From contig MHKF01000012.1 in assembly GCA_001818315.1 (NCBI GenBank), positions 194,080 to 249,148 on the forward strand: a stretch of DNA of 55,069 nucleotides. Direction: 5' to 3'. The notes under the pieces were generated by a model. It saw nothing but the letters and a program-made list of their open reading frames with translations, was not told the origin of the DNA and made no database searches. The stretch comes from Candidatus Kerfeldbacteria bacterium RIFCSPLOWO2_02_FULL_42_19 (GTDB taxonomy: Bacteria > Patescibacteriota > Patescibacteriia > HO2-48-17). Shown piece after piece: positions 27,814 to 36,799 of the stretch; the stretch's first letter is position 1; each line of letters begins with the position of its first letter. Position numbers and translations under genes: made by a program.

Positions 27814-27840
27814 TAAGAAACGGTATTCGGCAACAGTCCC
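27814..27840. repeat. short intergenic repeat, copy 2
   Basis: TAAGAAACGGTATTC at 27814-27828 is identical to 14246-14260, and the following 12 nt are similar. It lies in the divergent spacer between the GT2 and ThDP-enzyme genes. Confidence 0.5.
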
Positions 27841-27905
27841 GCAAAGTATTGAAAAACGCACCGAAGTACTCTAGGATAAAGGTGAATCTGAGCCTTTATA
27901 ATCAT

Positions 27906-29549
27906 ATGAAAGCATCCGATCTTTTCGTTAAAGCATTGGAAAATGAGGGCGTAGAATATATCTTCGGCGTCCCTGGAGAGGAAAATTTGGATATTTTAGA
28001 ATCGCTGCGGACATCAAAAATTAAATTTATTGTCACTCGTGGCGAACAATCGGCAGGATTTATGGCGGCTACCGTCGGACGGCTTACGGGAAAAGCAGGT
28101 GTTGCGCTTGCGACACTGGGACCGGGAGCAACCAACTTGGTGACAGCGGCCGCATACGCGCAACTTGGTGGTATGCCTATGTGCATGATTACTGGACAAA
28201 AGCCAGTCAAGAAGAGAAAGCAGGGTCATTTTCAAATTGTGCAAACTACGGAAATCATGCAACCGGTGACAAAATATTCCCAGCAGGTCATTCACGGGAG
28301 TAGTATTCCGGCGCGCGTACGAGAAGCATTCAGGATGGCGGAAGAGGAAAAACCGGGTGCTGTGCATCTTGAACTTCCGGAGGATGTTGCGGAAGAAGCA
28401 GTGCAGGAGTTCAGGTTATTTTCGCGGGAGAAAGTGCGTAGACCTATCGCGGAATATAAGGCGATCAACAGAGCAGTGGAGATGATACAAGGAGCAAAAA
28501 GTCCGTTATTACTCATAGGTGCGGGAGCGAATCGTAAGCTCACGTCGAAAACGCTCAGAGATTTTATAGACACAACTGGTATTCCGTTTTTCAACACGCA
28601 GATGGGAAAGGGTGTTATTGACGAAAGACATCCGCTGTTCCTAGGCACCGCTGCACTTTCAGATAACGATTATATCCACTGCGCTATTGAAAAGGCAGAC
28701 CTCATCATCAATGTGGGGCACGATATCGTGGAAAAACCGCCATTTTTTATGAAGAGAGATTGGCAAAAAGTGATTCATATAAATTTTTTTACAGCGAAAA
28801 TTGATGATATTTATTTTCCACAGCTCGAGGTGGTAGGAGACATAGCCAACGCCATTTGGCAAATCAAAGAAAGACTGCATCAGCAAAAGCATTGGGATTT
28901 TCAATATTTTTTAGAAACTCAACAGCGGCTTGAAAAACATATGAAGGAACATACGGAAAGTAAAGCTATGCCCGTCGTGCCACAGAGAATTGTTGCTGAT
29001 GTACGGAGCGTCCTTCCGGATGACGGCATTGTTACCCTTGATAATGGGATGTTTAAGATTTGGTTTGCCAGAAATTACCGCGCGTATCTGCCCAACACAC
29101 TCCTCTTAGACAATGCCTTAGCAACTATGGGCGCTGGTCTATCATCAGCAATAGCAGCGAAGTTAGTATATCCGCAAAAGAAAGTGATTGCAGTGTGCGG
29201 CGACGGAGGATTTATGATGAACTCGCAAGAACTCGAAACAGCTGTGCGGCTCAAATTGGATATTGTTATCATGATTCTGAATGATAATGGATATGGTATG
29301 ATTCAATGGAAGCAGCACAGTATGGGATTTCCAGATTTTGGCTTACATTATGGTAATCCTGACTTTGTGTCCTATGCGGTAAGTTTTGGGGCACAGGGTC
29401 AGAAGATAAAAAAAGCAGCCGAACTGCAGGCGAATATTCACAAAGCATTTCGAAGAGGGGGTGTGAATGTGATAGAGGTCCCGATTGATTATTCAATGAA
29501 CTATCAGATTCTCACTGCAGAGTTACAAAATAAAACATGTAATTTCTAA
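27906..29549 (+). CDS. thiamine-diphosphate enzyme of the acetolactate synthase large-subunit family
   Basis: MKASDLFVKALENEGVEYIFGVPGEE, GPGATNLVT and GDGGFMMNSQELETAVR (ThDP-binding motif). Start set to ATG 27906. Confidence 0.85.
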   Translation: MKASDLFVKALENEGVEYIFGVPGEENLDILESLRTSKIKFIVTRGEQSAGFMAATVGRLTGKAGVALATLGPGATNLVTAAAYAQLGGMPMCMITGQKPVKKRKQGHFQIVQTTEIMQPVTKYSQQVIHGSSIPARVREAFRMAEEEKPGAVHLELPEDVAEEAVQEFRLFSREKVRRPIAEYKAINRAVEMIQGAKSPLLLIGAGANRKLTSKTLRDFIDTTGIPFFNTQMGKGVIDERHPLFLGTAALSDNDYIHCAIEKADLIINVGHDIVEKPPFFMKRDWQKVIHINFFTAKIDDIYFPQLEVVGDIANAIWQIKERLHQQKHWDFQYFLETQQRLEKHMKEHTESKAMPVVPQRIVADVRSVLPDDGIVTLDNGMFKIWFARNYRAYLPNTLLLDNALATMGAGLSSAIAAKLVYPQKKVIAVCGDGGFMMNSQELETAVRLKLDIVIMILNDNGYGMIQWKQHSMGFPDFGLHYGNPDFVSYAVSFGAQGQKIKKAAELQANIHKAFRRGGVNVIEVPIDYSMNYQILTAELQNKTCNF

Positions 29550-29565
29550 AAAGTAGGAAAAATCT

Positions 29566-30930
29566 ATGACTCTTCAATCGATCAATCCAGCTACTGGCGA
29601 ACTGATACAAGAATTTCCTGAACTCACTACCGAACAGATAGAAGAAAAACTTCATCAAGCGCATAGAGAGTTTGCGGTATGGAGCCAGGTCCTTATGAAG
29701 GATCGTAAAAAGTATATGCTCAGACTGGCTGATATACTTAAAACGCGTAAGAAAGAATTAGGAACACTGCTGACTCAAGAGATGGGTAAGCCAATAACGC
29801 AGGCGGTTTCAGAAGTCGAGAAATGCGCGTGGGTATGTGAATATTATGCTTCGGAAACAGAAAATGTACTTCAAGACGAGTTGATCAACACAGATGCGTT
29901 AGAAAGTTTTGTGCGTTTCGATCCGCTTGGAGTCATCTTTGCAATCATGCCGTGGAATTTTGCCTTTTGGCAAGTGATGCGTTTTGCTGTGCCGGCGGTA
30001 ATGGCAGGAAACATTGGAGTTCTGAAACATGCTTCCAATGTTCCCCAAAGCGCTGAAATGATTGAACATTTGTTTCTCGAAGCCGAATTTCCAGCAGGTG
30101 TTTTTCAGAATTTTCTCATCAGCTCATCTCAGGTCGAGGGAATTATTCGAGATTCAAGAGTTGCCGCAGTGACATTCACAGGAAGTGAGTTTGCCGGAAG
30201 CAAGGTGGCAGAAGAGGCAGGGAGCGAGATTAAACCGACGGTACTGGAACTTGGAGGCAGCGATGCGTTTATCGTACTTGACGATGCTGATGTGGAACGT
30301 GCATGTGACGTTGCGGTCATGGCAAGATTACAGAATAATGGACAAAGTTGCATAGCGGCCAAAAGATTCATCGTGCTCAGGAAAGTGTCGCAAGAATTCC
30401 TCAGACTTTTAAAACGGAGATATGAAGTTTTAAAAATAGGCGATCCCATGCAGGAAGAAACCCAAATAGGTCCACTTGCAACAGAATCTATAAGAAATGA
30501 TTTAGCAAGACAGGTGAATGAATCTGTGACAAAAGGAGCAAAAGTGATAATCGGTGGCAACAGAATAGAAGGAAAAGGTTTTTTTTACACGCCAACCATT
30601 TTAATCGATATACAGCCCGGCATGCCGGCATATGACGAGGAAATATTCGGGCCAGTCGCGCCAGTCATAGTAGTCGAAGATGCCGAACAGGCAATACAAG
30701 TGGCGAATGATACGAAGTTTGGGCTTGGAGCATCATTATGGACACGAAATATTGAACTCGCGAAAGCAATCGCAAAACGTTTGCAGGTAGGGAGTGTTTT
30801 TATAAATGGAATAGTCAAGTCTGACCCCAGGCTGCCATTCGGCGGTATAAAAAAATCTGGCTACGGTCGCGAACTTTCGCATTATGGCATGAAAGCTTTT
30901 ATGAACATCAAGACCGTCTGGATACAATAA
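29566..30930 (+). CDS. NAD(P)+-dependent aldehyde dehydrogenase (succinate-semialdehyde dehydrogenase-like)
   Basis: FTGSEFAGSKV, LELGGSDAFIV, NNGQSCIAAKR (catalytic Cys) and EEIFGPV. Confidence 0.88.
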   Translation: MTLQSINPATGELIQEFPELTTEQIEEKLHQAHREFAVWSQVLMKDRKKYMLRLADILKTRKKELGTLLTQEMGKPITQAVSEVEKCAWVCEYYASETENVLQDELINTDALESFVRFDPLGVIFAIMPWNFAFWQVMRFAVPAVMAGNIGVLKHASNVPQSAEMIEHLFLEAEFPAGVFQNFLISSSQVEGIIRDSRVAAVTFTGSEFAGSKVAEEAGSEIKPTVLELGGSDAFIVLDDADVERACDVAVMARLQNNGQSCIAAKRFIVLRKVSQEFLRLLKRRYEVLKIGDPMQEETQIGPLATESIRNDLARQVNESVTKGAKVIIGGNRIEGKGFFYTPTILIDIQPGMPAYDEEIFGPVAPVIVVEDAEQAIQVANDTKFGLGASLWTRNIELAKAIAKRLQVGSVFINGIVKSDPRLPFGGIKKSGYGRELSHYGMKAFMNIKTVWIQ

Positions 30931-30940
30931 ATCAGTATTT

Positions 30941-31831
30941 TTATGCAACGTTTTTGAGGATATGCAACTTTTGGAGTGTATAGAATACGATCGTTCTGAG
31001 AAATATATATATATTCGCAGTGACGACATAATACAAGGTGTCGAGCTTTTGGAGTTTACCAGGACAATGGAGTATGACTAATGTAGATTGTACGAAGATA
31101 TTTGACGGAGATTTACGATGGGTCAGTTTTTTCCAAGCTTGTGCAAAGGACAGAATGTTTCCTTTGGGACGAAAGCCTGTCAGGTTGTCTTTGAGATAGA
31201 CGATTGCTTTATAAGAAAGCGCTAAAGGAAAACCATATTTTTTAGCGCGGAATCCGAATTCGTAGTCGGCTCCATAGTGTGGCAGCCATTTTTTTCGGTA
31301 GTTCCCTATTTTTTGAAATACTTCGATAGGTATTAACACACCACGTCCAGAGACCGTGTCTATATCCGTTGTATCGTCCTGATTTTTGAGGAACGGTGTT
31401 TGTGAATAGCTGTAATGTTTCCAATCGATTTTTACCCCTCTATCCAGAATATTTTCCGGTGCTGCTTCATCGCGACACAGTGATCCTGTTACGGCTCGAC
31501 CATATTTTTCACTCGTTTTTTTGAGCTGTTCCAAATAATTCGGAGTAAAAGTTACGTCATTATTCAGACTTAAAATAAAATCCCCTTTTTGTGTCCTCTG
31601 TAAAACATTTTCTACTCCCCAGTGCATGGCGCCTGTCCACCACAAATTTCCGTCACCTTTGAGTATGTGTATTGTTGGATAGCGCTTTCGGATCATTGTT
31701 GCGCTTCCATCTGTCGATCCATCGTCTATGATCGTAATATTAAAATCGCGATAGGTTTGTTTTTCCAAACTTTCTAAACATTCGAGTGTGGCCTCGATGC
31801 GATTGTATACTGCAATGATAACGAAGATCAT
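30941..31831 (-). CDS. glycosyltransferase, GT2 family
   Basis: MIFVIIAVYNRIEATLECLESLEKQTYRDFNITIIDDGSTDGS. ATG 31831 forms an ATGA overlap with the upstream stop. Confidence 0.8.
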   Translation of the reverse strand: MIFVIIAVYNRIEATLECLESLEKQTYRDFNITIIDDGSTDGSATMIRKRYPTIHILKGDGNLWWTGAMHWGVENVLQRTQKGDFILSLNNDVTFTPNYLEQLKKTSEKYGRAVTGSLCRDEAAPENILDRGVKIDWKHYSYSQTPFLKNQDDTTDIDTVSGRGVLIPIEVFQKIGNYRKKWLPHYGADYEFGFRAKKYGFPLALSYKAIVYLKDNLTGFRPKGNILSFAQAWKKLTHRKSPSNIFVQSTLVILHCPGKLQKLDTLYYVVTANIYIFLRTIVFYTLQKLHILKNVA

Positions 31832-32817
31832 GATTTTTCCATAATAACGAGCCAACTATCACCTTGTTTTCGTAGGTCTCGAATGCGAATGAGCGGTAAT
31901 TGCAGGAGGCTCATACAAAGGGCATGCATGGCTTCGCAGCGTTGTTTCCATCTCCCGCTTGTTTCTTGAGTATTTCCGCTCGTCCATATCGGACTCGACT
32001 TACCTTCGATAGCTTCGAAGCGATTATTTCGTTGTTGCAACTCGACCCATACTTTGGGAGTTATCGTGCATATTGTTTTGATACGCAGGCCGGTCTTCGC
32101 AGCAAGGATTTCTAAACTTTTTTCCGAAAAAAAGTTGAGATGATAGGGAATATGCCAGTTGATCCAGCGTTTTCCAATTTTTTTCCGATAGTAACTGTCG
32201 ATATTTGGAAAACTCATAATCAGATTTCCTCCGGGAGCGAGTTTTGTGTAGAGAAATGCTGTGAATTGTAGAGGATCCGGAATGTGTTCCAATACCTGAC
32301 TGAGGGTAATAGTATGAAAGAATTCATGAGGGTAATTTGCTTCTTCAACATTTCCAAAAAAAATATTGAGGTGAAGGTCGGACGCGATTTGAGTCACATT
32401 ACGATCTTGTTCTGTTCCAAATGCTTCTGCTCCCATACGTTGTATTTCCAGGAGTGAAGCGCCGTTTCCACAGCCGACGTCCAGTACGCGTGTTTCTGGA
32501 CGGACGTGATAATGACAGGTATTGTTGGTACCTCGCAACCAACGTAACCAACGTGCCCAAAGTCCTGATTTCCAATCCGCAGCATTTTCTACACTTTCTT
32601 TATTGATATTTTTTCTTGGATAATAATCTGTGTAGAGTGCGTCGAGATCTTTTTTATTGAGTTCTGGTTTGGTTTGCCCGAATCCACAGGCAGAACACAC
32701 AAAAACGTGGAATCGTCCCGGATACCCATAGCGGTCATCAAATAAATGAGATGCGAGGAGGGTACTTGGTTGGCCGCATATTTTACACAGCGGTGAATTG
32801 TCAGGAGATTGAGGCAT
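31828..32817 (-). CDS. class I SAM-dependent methyltransferase with N-terminal zinc-ribbon
   Basis: CKICGQ...CSACGF (a 4-Cys motif), then VLDVGCGNGASLLE (SAM motif I). Confidence 0.8.
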   Translation of the reverse strand: MPQSPDNSPLCKICGQPSTLLASHLFDDRYGYPGRFHVFVCSACGFGQTKPELNKKDLDALYTDYYPRKNINKESVENAADWKSGLWARWLRWLRGTNNTCHYHVRPETRVLDVGCGNGASLLEIQRMGAEAFGTEQDRNVTQIASDLHLNIFFGNVEEANYPHEFFHTITLSQVLEHIPDPLQFTAFLYTKLAPGGNLIMSFPNIDSYYRKKIGKRWINWHIPYHLNFFSEKSLEILAAKTGLRIKTICTITPKVWVELQQRNNRFEAIEGKSSPIWTSGNTQETSGRWKQRCEAMHALCMSLLQLPLIRIRDLRKQGDSWLVIMEKS

Positions 32818-32911
32818 ATTTTTCGTTCAAGTAACTATTCGCTGAATTTCTTTACTATATCGGTTTTATTTTTTAGGTGTCAAGCGATATGAACTCGAAT
32901 GCACGCGTACT

Positions 32912-34570
32912 TTACTTTCTCTCCGGGACGTAGCGCAGGAGTGTCACGCTTTCATTCTGTACAACGATTTCCCACTGTTTTGATTTGAGGAGATGTTTTA
33001 TTTCGAGTTCGTTATTGCGATCCGGAGTAGAGTGTCCAATGTAAATGTATTTAATGTTGTAGATGCTGCGCAGGGGTCTGCCGTATTGATCGCGTATTTC
33101 ATCACCTCCATGACGTGAAGTGAGAATTTTTCCAAAGGGCGGATTTTCGTCTTGAGTATTCAAATATCCGCGGTATACGGTTGGAGCAACTGCGACATCG
33201 AGCCAGGTAGTATAGTGAGCATTCGTGAGAACCGATTCCGACCCAGAGCTATGGCTATTAATAAAGTCTATGGCTTCTACATCGGCTGGAGTCAACCGCA
33301 CGAATTGCGATCCTGCTGATGCGCCGTTTATTCTAACCCCGAGCTGAAAGGCGCCTGCAATGAAAAATAAAATAAAGAACGCAGTATTTATTTTTTTTGG
33401 AAGTGTTCGGTAGAGCATCACAAAACCTACGCTTGCAAGTATGACGCTCGGAAATATCATCAATCGTATAAGACGAATATTCAAATGTGGAATTTCGGAA
33501 CGAATCTGCGCAAGGATGTATAAGGTTATTATCCAGAGAGTTGTTAAGAGGAGAAGTTTTTTGCCGTGATGACGCCTTCGTATGAGCAGGAGACTGCTTA
33601 TCATTCCGAGCGTTGTCATAGCTGTAAAGATCGATGATGCATGGAGTGCTTTGGGAATGTTGAAAATTTTTACGTGTGGTGGAAGACTGGGTTTTTCGTA
33701 GAGGCTGTTATCTTGACTGCCGATTTTCTGATCCAGATTGAGGAGTACTTGTTCGAATATGAGTTTTACATTGACTCGGTATGAGGGTTGTAAGGCTATA
33801 CTGAGAGTTGTGATGAGCAGAAGTATACTCGTAACAATTATCCATACATATCGTTTTTTTTGTGGTTTTGCTTGCGAGTTTTCCATAAATATCTTCGATA
33901 AAAAATTTTCCGGTAGATGTTTCACGATGTTGTCGAGGTATTTTTTTTGTTTTCTTCCTATGATGAACGGTGCGATTCGTTTACTGAGGATAAGTCCTAA
34001 AAAAAGAAATACGGCACCAATGAATGGTAAAGAGGAAAGATGATGGGTAGCGAGAGAAAGAACAGTGAAAACGATAGCCGCGGTGTATTTTTTTCTGGAA
34101 ATAAAGAAAAGGCTTGTAAAAACAAAAAGGATTGAAAAGATTTCTGCCGGGCTCTGAACAAAAGCTTGCTGCAAAAGGAGCGGAACATTTATCCAAGCAA
34201 GTGCTGTACCGAGGAGAGCATTCTTTTTTTCGACAAAGATAGTTTTCATGATGCTATAGGTCAGGAAAGGCAAAGCTCCTCCCACAGTGAATATAGGCAT
34301 AAAAATGAGAAAAATTCTCCCGAATTTCGACCATATACTGCTTCCGATCAGGAGAATAATACGGAGGAACGGGGGATACAGTCCCCATATTCCTTTTTTG
34401 ATTTCCTCTATTGCCAAAAGATGGACCGCCGTATCATCGGAGGGTGGATAGATGTAACGGTAATGTATCCAGTCGCTTGCCCAGAGGATAATAAAGAAGA
34501 CAAGGAAACAACCTCCTAACAGATTCAGTCGAGTTGTGATTTTGTTGAGTTTTTGGACCTCGAATTTCAT
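32912..34570 (-). CDS. large polytopic membrane protein (possible GT-C-type glycosyltransferase or polymerase)
   Basis: About 552 aa from ATG 34570, with at least 10 predicted TM helices and a soluble C-terminal domain. It sits inside a glycan cluster. I recognise no diagnostic motif. Confidence 0.5.
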   Translation of the reverse strand: MKFEVQKLNKITTRLNLLGGCFLVFFIILWASDWIHYRYIYPPSDDTAVHLLAIEEIKKGIWGLYPPFLRIILLIGSSIWSKFGRIFLIFMPIFTVGGALPFLTYSIMKTIFVEKKNALLGTALAWINVPLLLQQAFVQSPAEIFSILFVFTSLFFISRKKYTAAIVFTVLSLATHHLSSLPFIGAVFLFLGLILSKRIAPFIIGRKQKKYLDNIVKHLPENFLSKIFMENSQAKPQKKRYVWIIVTSILLLITTLSIALQPSYRVNVKLIFEQVLLNLDQKIGSQDNSLYEKPSLPPHVKIFNIPKALHASSIFTAMTTLGMISSLLLIRRRHHGKKLLLLTTLWIITLYILAQIRSEIPHLNIRLIRLMIFPSVILASVGFVMLYRTLPKKINTAFFILFFIAGAFQLGVRINGASAGSQFVRLTPADVEAIDFINSHSSGSESVLTNAHYTTWLDVAVAPTVYRGYLNTQDENPPFGKILTSRHGGDEIRDQYGRPLRSIYNIKYIYIGHSTPDRNNELEIKHLLKSKQWEIVVQNESVTLLRYVPERK

Positions 34571-34797
34571 AATCGCTGGGTTTTTGGAGTCAGTACAATT
34601 CCAACGAAGTGGACAATGAGACTGATGATGAGGAGGGGTGTGAGTGTGAGAAAATTCGTCACGAATCCTGACCAAAGCGTGTCTATAAGGAAGAACAGCG
34701 TAAAAAGACTTAAGAGGAGCAAGCTCACGTTTTTCATAAGCGCGCTCACATTTTTTCTGAACCGAGATTGATATGTGTGTTTTTTAAAGTAGGTCAT
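34567..34797 (-). CDS. small two-TM membrane protein, translationally coupled on both sides
   Basis: 76 aa with two hydrophobic helices. There are ATGA overlaps with the upstream stop (34794-34797) and the downstream start (34567-34570). Confidence 0.55.
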   Translation of the reverse strand: MTYFKKHTYQSRFRKNVSALMKNVSLLLLSLFTLFFLIDTLWSGFVTNFLTLTPLLIISLIVHFVGIVLTPKTQRL

Positions 34798-36248
34798 TTT
34801 TTATAGGAGAAGATTATTTCTCGAATTTTGAAACTTTCATTTTTATCATAACCGGGCAGTTTGAGTGTTAATGGAAATTTTCCTTCCTGGACCCATTCGG
34901 AGAAGTTTTTTTGTAACAATCGAACTCTCGTCCATCCACCTTTGTTGATTTTTTGTAAGGGTGGTGTATGTACAAGTACTGCGGTGACTTTCGAATCCGA
35001 TATGAATTCCGCTACACTATTTGCGAGGGGTTGTACTTTTCCAAATTCTTCAACACTTTCTTTGATGAAGCCGATAATACCATCGGTAGTAATTTGCACA
35101 TCAGCTTTTTCGATTGCTATGGACGTTGTTCTGTGTGTGATATTCAAGCGATATTCAGCATACTGTTTTTCGAGAGTGAGAGGCGTTTCTTGGATATTTA
35201 TTGTTTGTAGTCCTTCGGGGTGTGCGGTAGATGCAGAAAAAAAGTTTCCGAGGACAATGATATTTTCCGCTTTTGTATTATCGTCTAGGGTTATATTCTG
35301 CTCGAATACAAACGCGTGCGGAGTTATTATTTCTTTTATCCGGATATCAGTGCTCGTATCAATATTCAATTCGTATATTCCGGACTTAGGAACAGTCGTT
35401 GTAAAGGTCAGATTTTTTCTGCCAGTATTTTGTTCCGTATCTTCATTGACACCGTCATCTGGAAATATTTCCTTTTGTTTTTCAACTCCATTTTGAGTCA
35501 GACGCATAGTGATGGTATCATCGCCGTCGGAGAGGTTACTGTCTTCATATGAAAGTTGAAATTGAAGCTTCGTAGTTTTCGTGGCTATGAGTATTTTGGT
35601 AGTGCCGCGAAAAGCGACGGTATAGCTTATATTTTTTTCTTCTCTTTTGAGAGTCACTCTGTTTTCCAACGGATAATTCCACGTTTGTATTCGTCCTTCC
35701 GTCGGGGAATTTTTGATAAAATCTTCCACACGAGCATAGAGTGTCGTTTGTGTTTGACTGTTCGTGTTAAATTTTTGAAAAAGTGTCAGATTTTGTTCTG
35801 GATCTTCAATTTTCTGCCATGCTTTGTTTTCGTTGAGATAATCTATGACTGGATGATCAATGATCATAGGTTGTATGTTTCCGTTTGGATTTTCCAAGAT
35901 GATAAAAAATGCGTTTTGATTTGGATTTTGGTACACGACGTCGAACGCTACTTGTGTTGGATTTCCGTAGGGCACGTCTGATGTTACATGAATAGTCGGT
36001 CCCGTGGCACGGACATAGGAGACATTATACGCTGGATTAGATTCTTTCCCAGCTACATTGTCCTTTATGTCGATGCCTTCGTGCGGGCCCTGAAAATTTT
36101 CCTTATGCGTAGAAGACCCAAAGAAAATCGTATTTTTGTTCAAAAGGTATATCGTTCCTATGAGAATGGTCACAGGAAGTAAGATATACATGAATCTGGA
36201 TGTGATCTGCGCGGTGAATTTTTTTGATGAAATTATTTGATCGTTCAT
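34794..36248 (-). CDS. hypothetical membrane-anchored extracytoplasmic protein, 484 aa
   Basis: One N-terminal TM helix (FMYILLPVTILIGTIYLL) and beta-rich composition. No recognisable motif. Confidence 0.55.
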   Translation of the reverse strand: MNDQIISSKKFTAQITSRFMYILLPVTILIGTIYLLNKNTIFFGSSTHKENFQGPHEGIDIKDNVAGKESNPAYNVSYVRATGPTIHVTSDVPYGNPTQVAFDVVYQNPNQNAFFIILENPNGNIQPMIIDHPVIDYLNENKAWQKIEDPEQNLTLFQKFNTNSQTQTTLYARVEDFIKNSPTEGRIQTWNYPLENRVTLKREEKNISYTVAFRGTTKILIATKTTKLQFQLSYEDSNLSDGDDTITMRLTQNGVEKQKEIFPDDGVNEDTEQNTGRKNLTFTTTVPKSGIYELNIDTSTDIRIKEIITPHAFVFEQNITLDDNTKAENIIVLGNFFSASTAHPEGLQTINIQETPLTLEKQYAEYRLNITHRTTSIAIEKADVQITTDGIIGFIKESVEEFGKVQPLANSVAEFISDSKVTAVLVHTPPLQKINKGGWTRVRLLQKNFSEWVQEGKFPLTLKLPGYDKNESFKIREIIFSYKK

Positions 36249-36796
36249 GAGTTTTGAATTCCGTTATAAGAGTTCATCGCCTGTACAATATTTACTTTTT
36301 GTGCTGTGCGGATTGCTTGAATACTGACATCTATTACTTGTTGTATTGTTTCATGTTCGTTACTTCGAAAAGGTTGTAGGACAAAATTTTCTGCACGACT
36401 GCGTACTCCAAAAGGGCGCACGCCAATTTTAAAACGCACGCATGTCTGTGTTGTGAGTATATCATATATCGACTGTACTCCCTTATGTCCTGCCGCAGAT
36501 CCGCCCCGTGTTATTTTTATTCGTCCTACTACAAGATCACTATCATCATGGATGATCCAAATATTCTTCGGTGTCACGCGATAGATTTTTTTCAAGACGC
36601 CTATAGCACGCCCGGATTGATTTATGAATGTCTGTGGTTTCACAAAGAGCGCATCTTTTTCTTTGTGGATGAGGGCATTTGCTTTTTTATTGTATGTCCA
36701 GTGAGTGTGCATGGCGTCCAGTATTTGAAAACCGATATTGTGACGAGTTTTCGCGTATTCATTGCCGGGATTACCGAGTCCAACGATAAGTTTCAT
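36245..36796 (-). CDS. pth: peptidyl-tRNA hydrolase
   Basis: MKLIVGLGNPGNEYAKTRHNIGF, plus HDDSD and GGSAAGHKG motifs. Confidence 0.93.
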   Translation of the reverse strand: MKLIVGLGNPGNEYAKTRHNIGFQILDAMHTHWTYNKKANALIHKEKDALFVKPQTFINQSGRAIGVLKKIYRVTPKNIWIIHDDSDLVVGRIKITRGGSAAGHKGVQSIYDILTTQTCVRFKIGVRPFGVRSRAENFVLQPFRSNEHETIQQVIDVSIQAIRTAQKVNIVQAMNSYNGIQNS

Positions 36797-36799
36797 ACG

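Noticed and set aside
27897-27902. Perfect TATAAT 3 nt upstream of the ThDP-enzyme start codon
   Set aside because: It is too close to the ATG to serve as its -10, because the TSS would fall inside the coding sequence. The upstream -35 position matches only 2/6.
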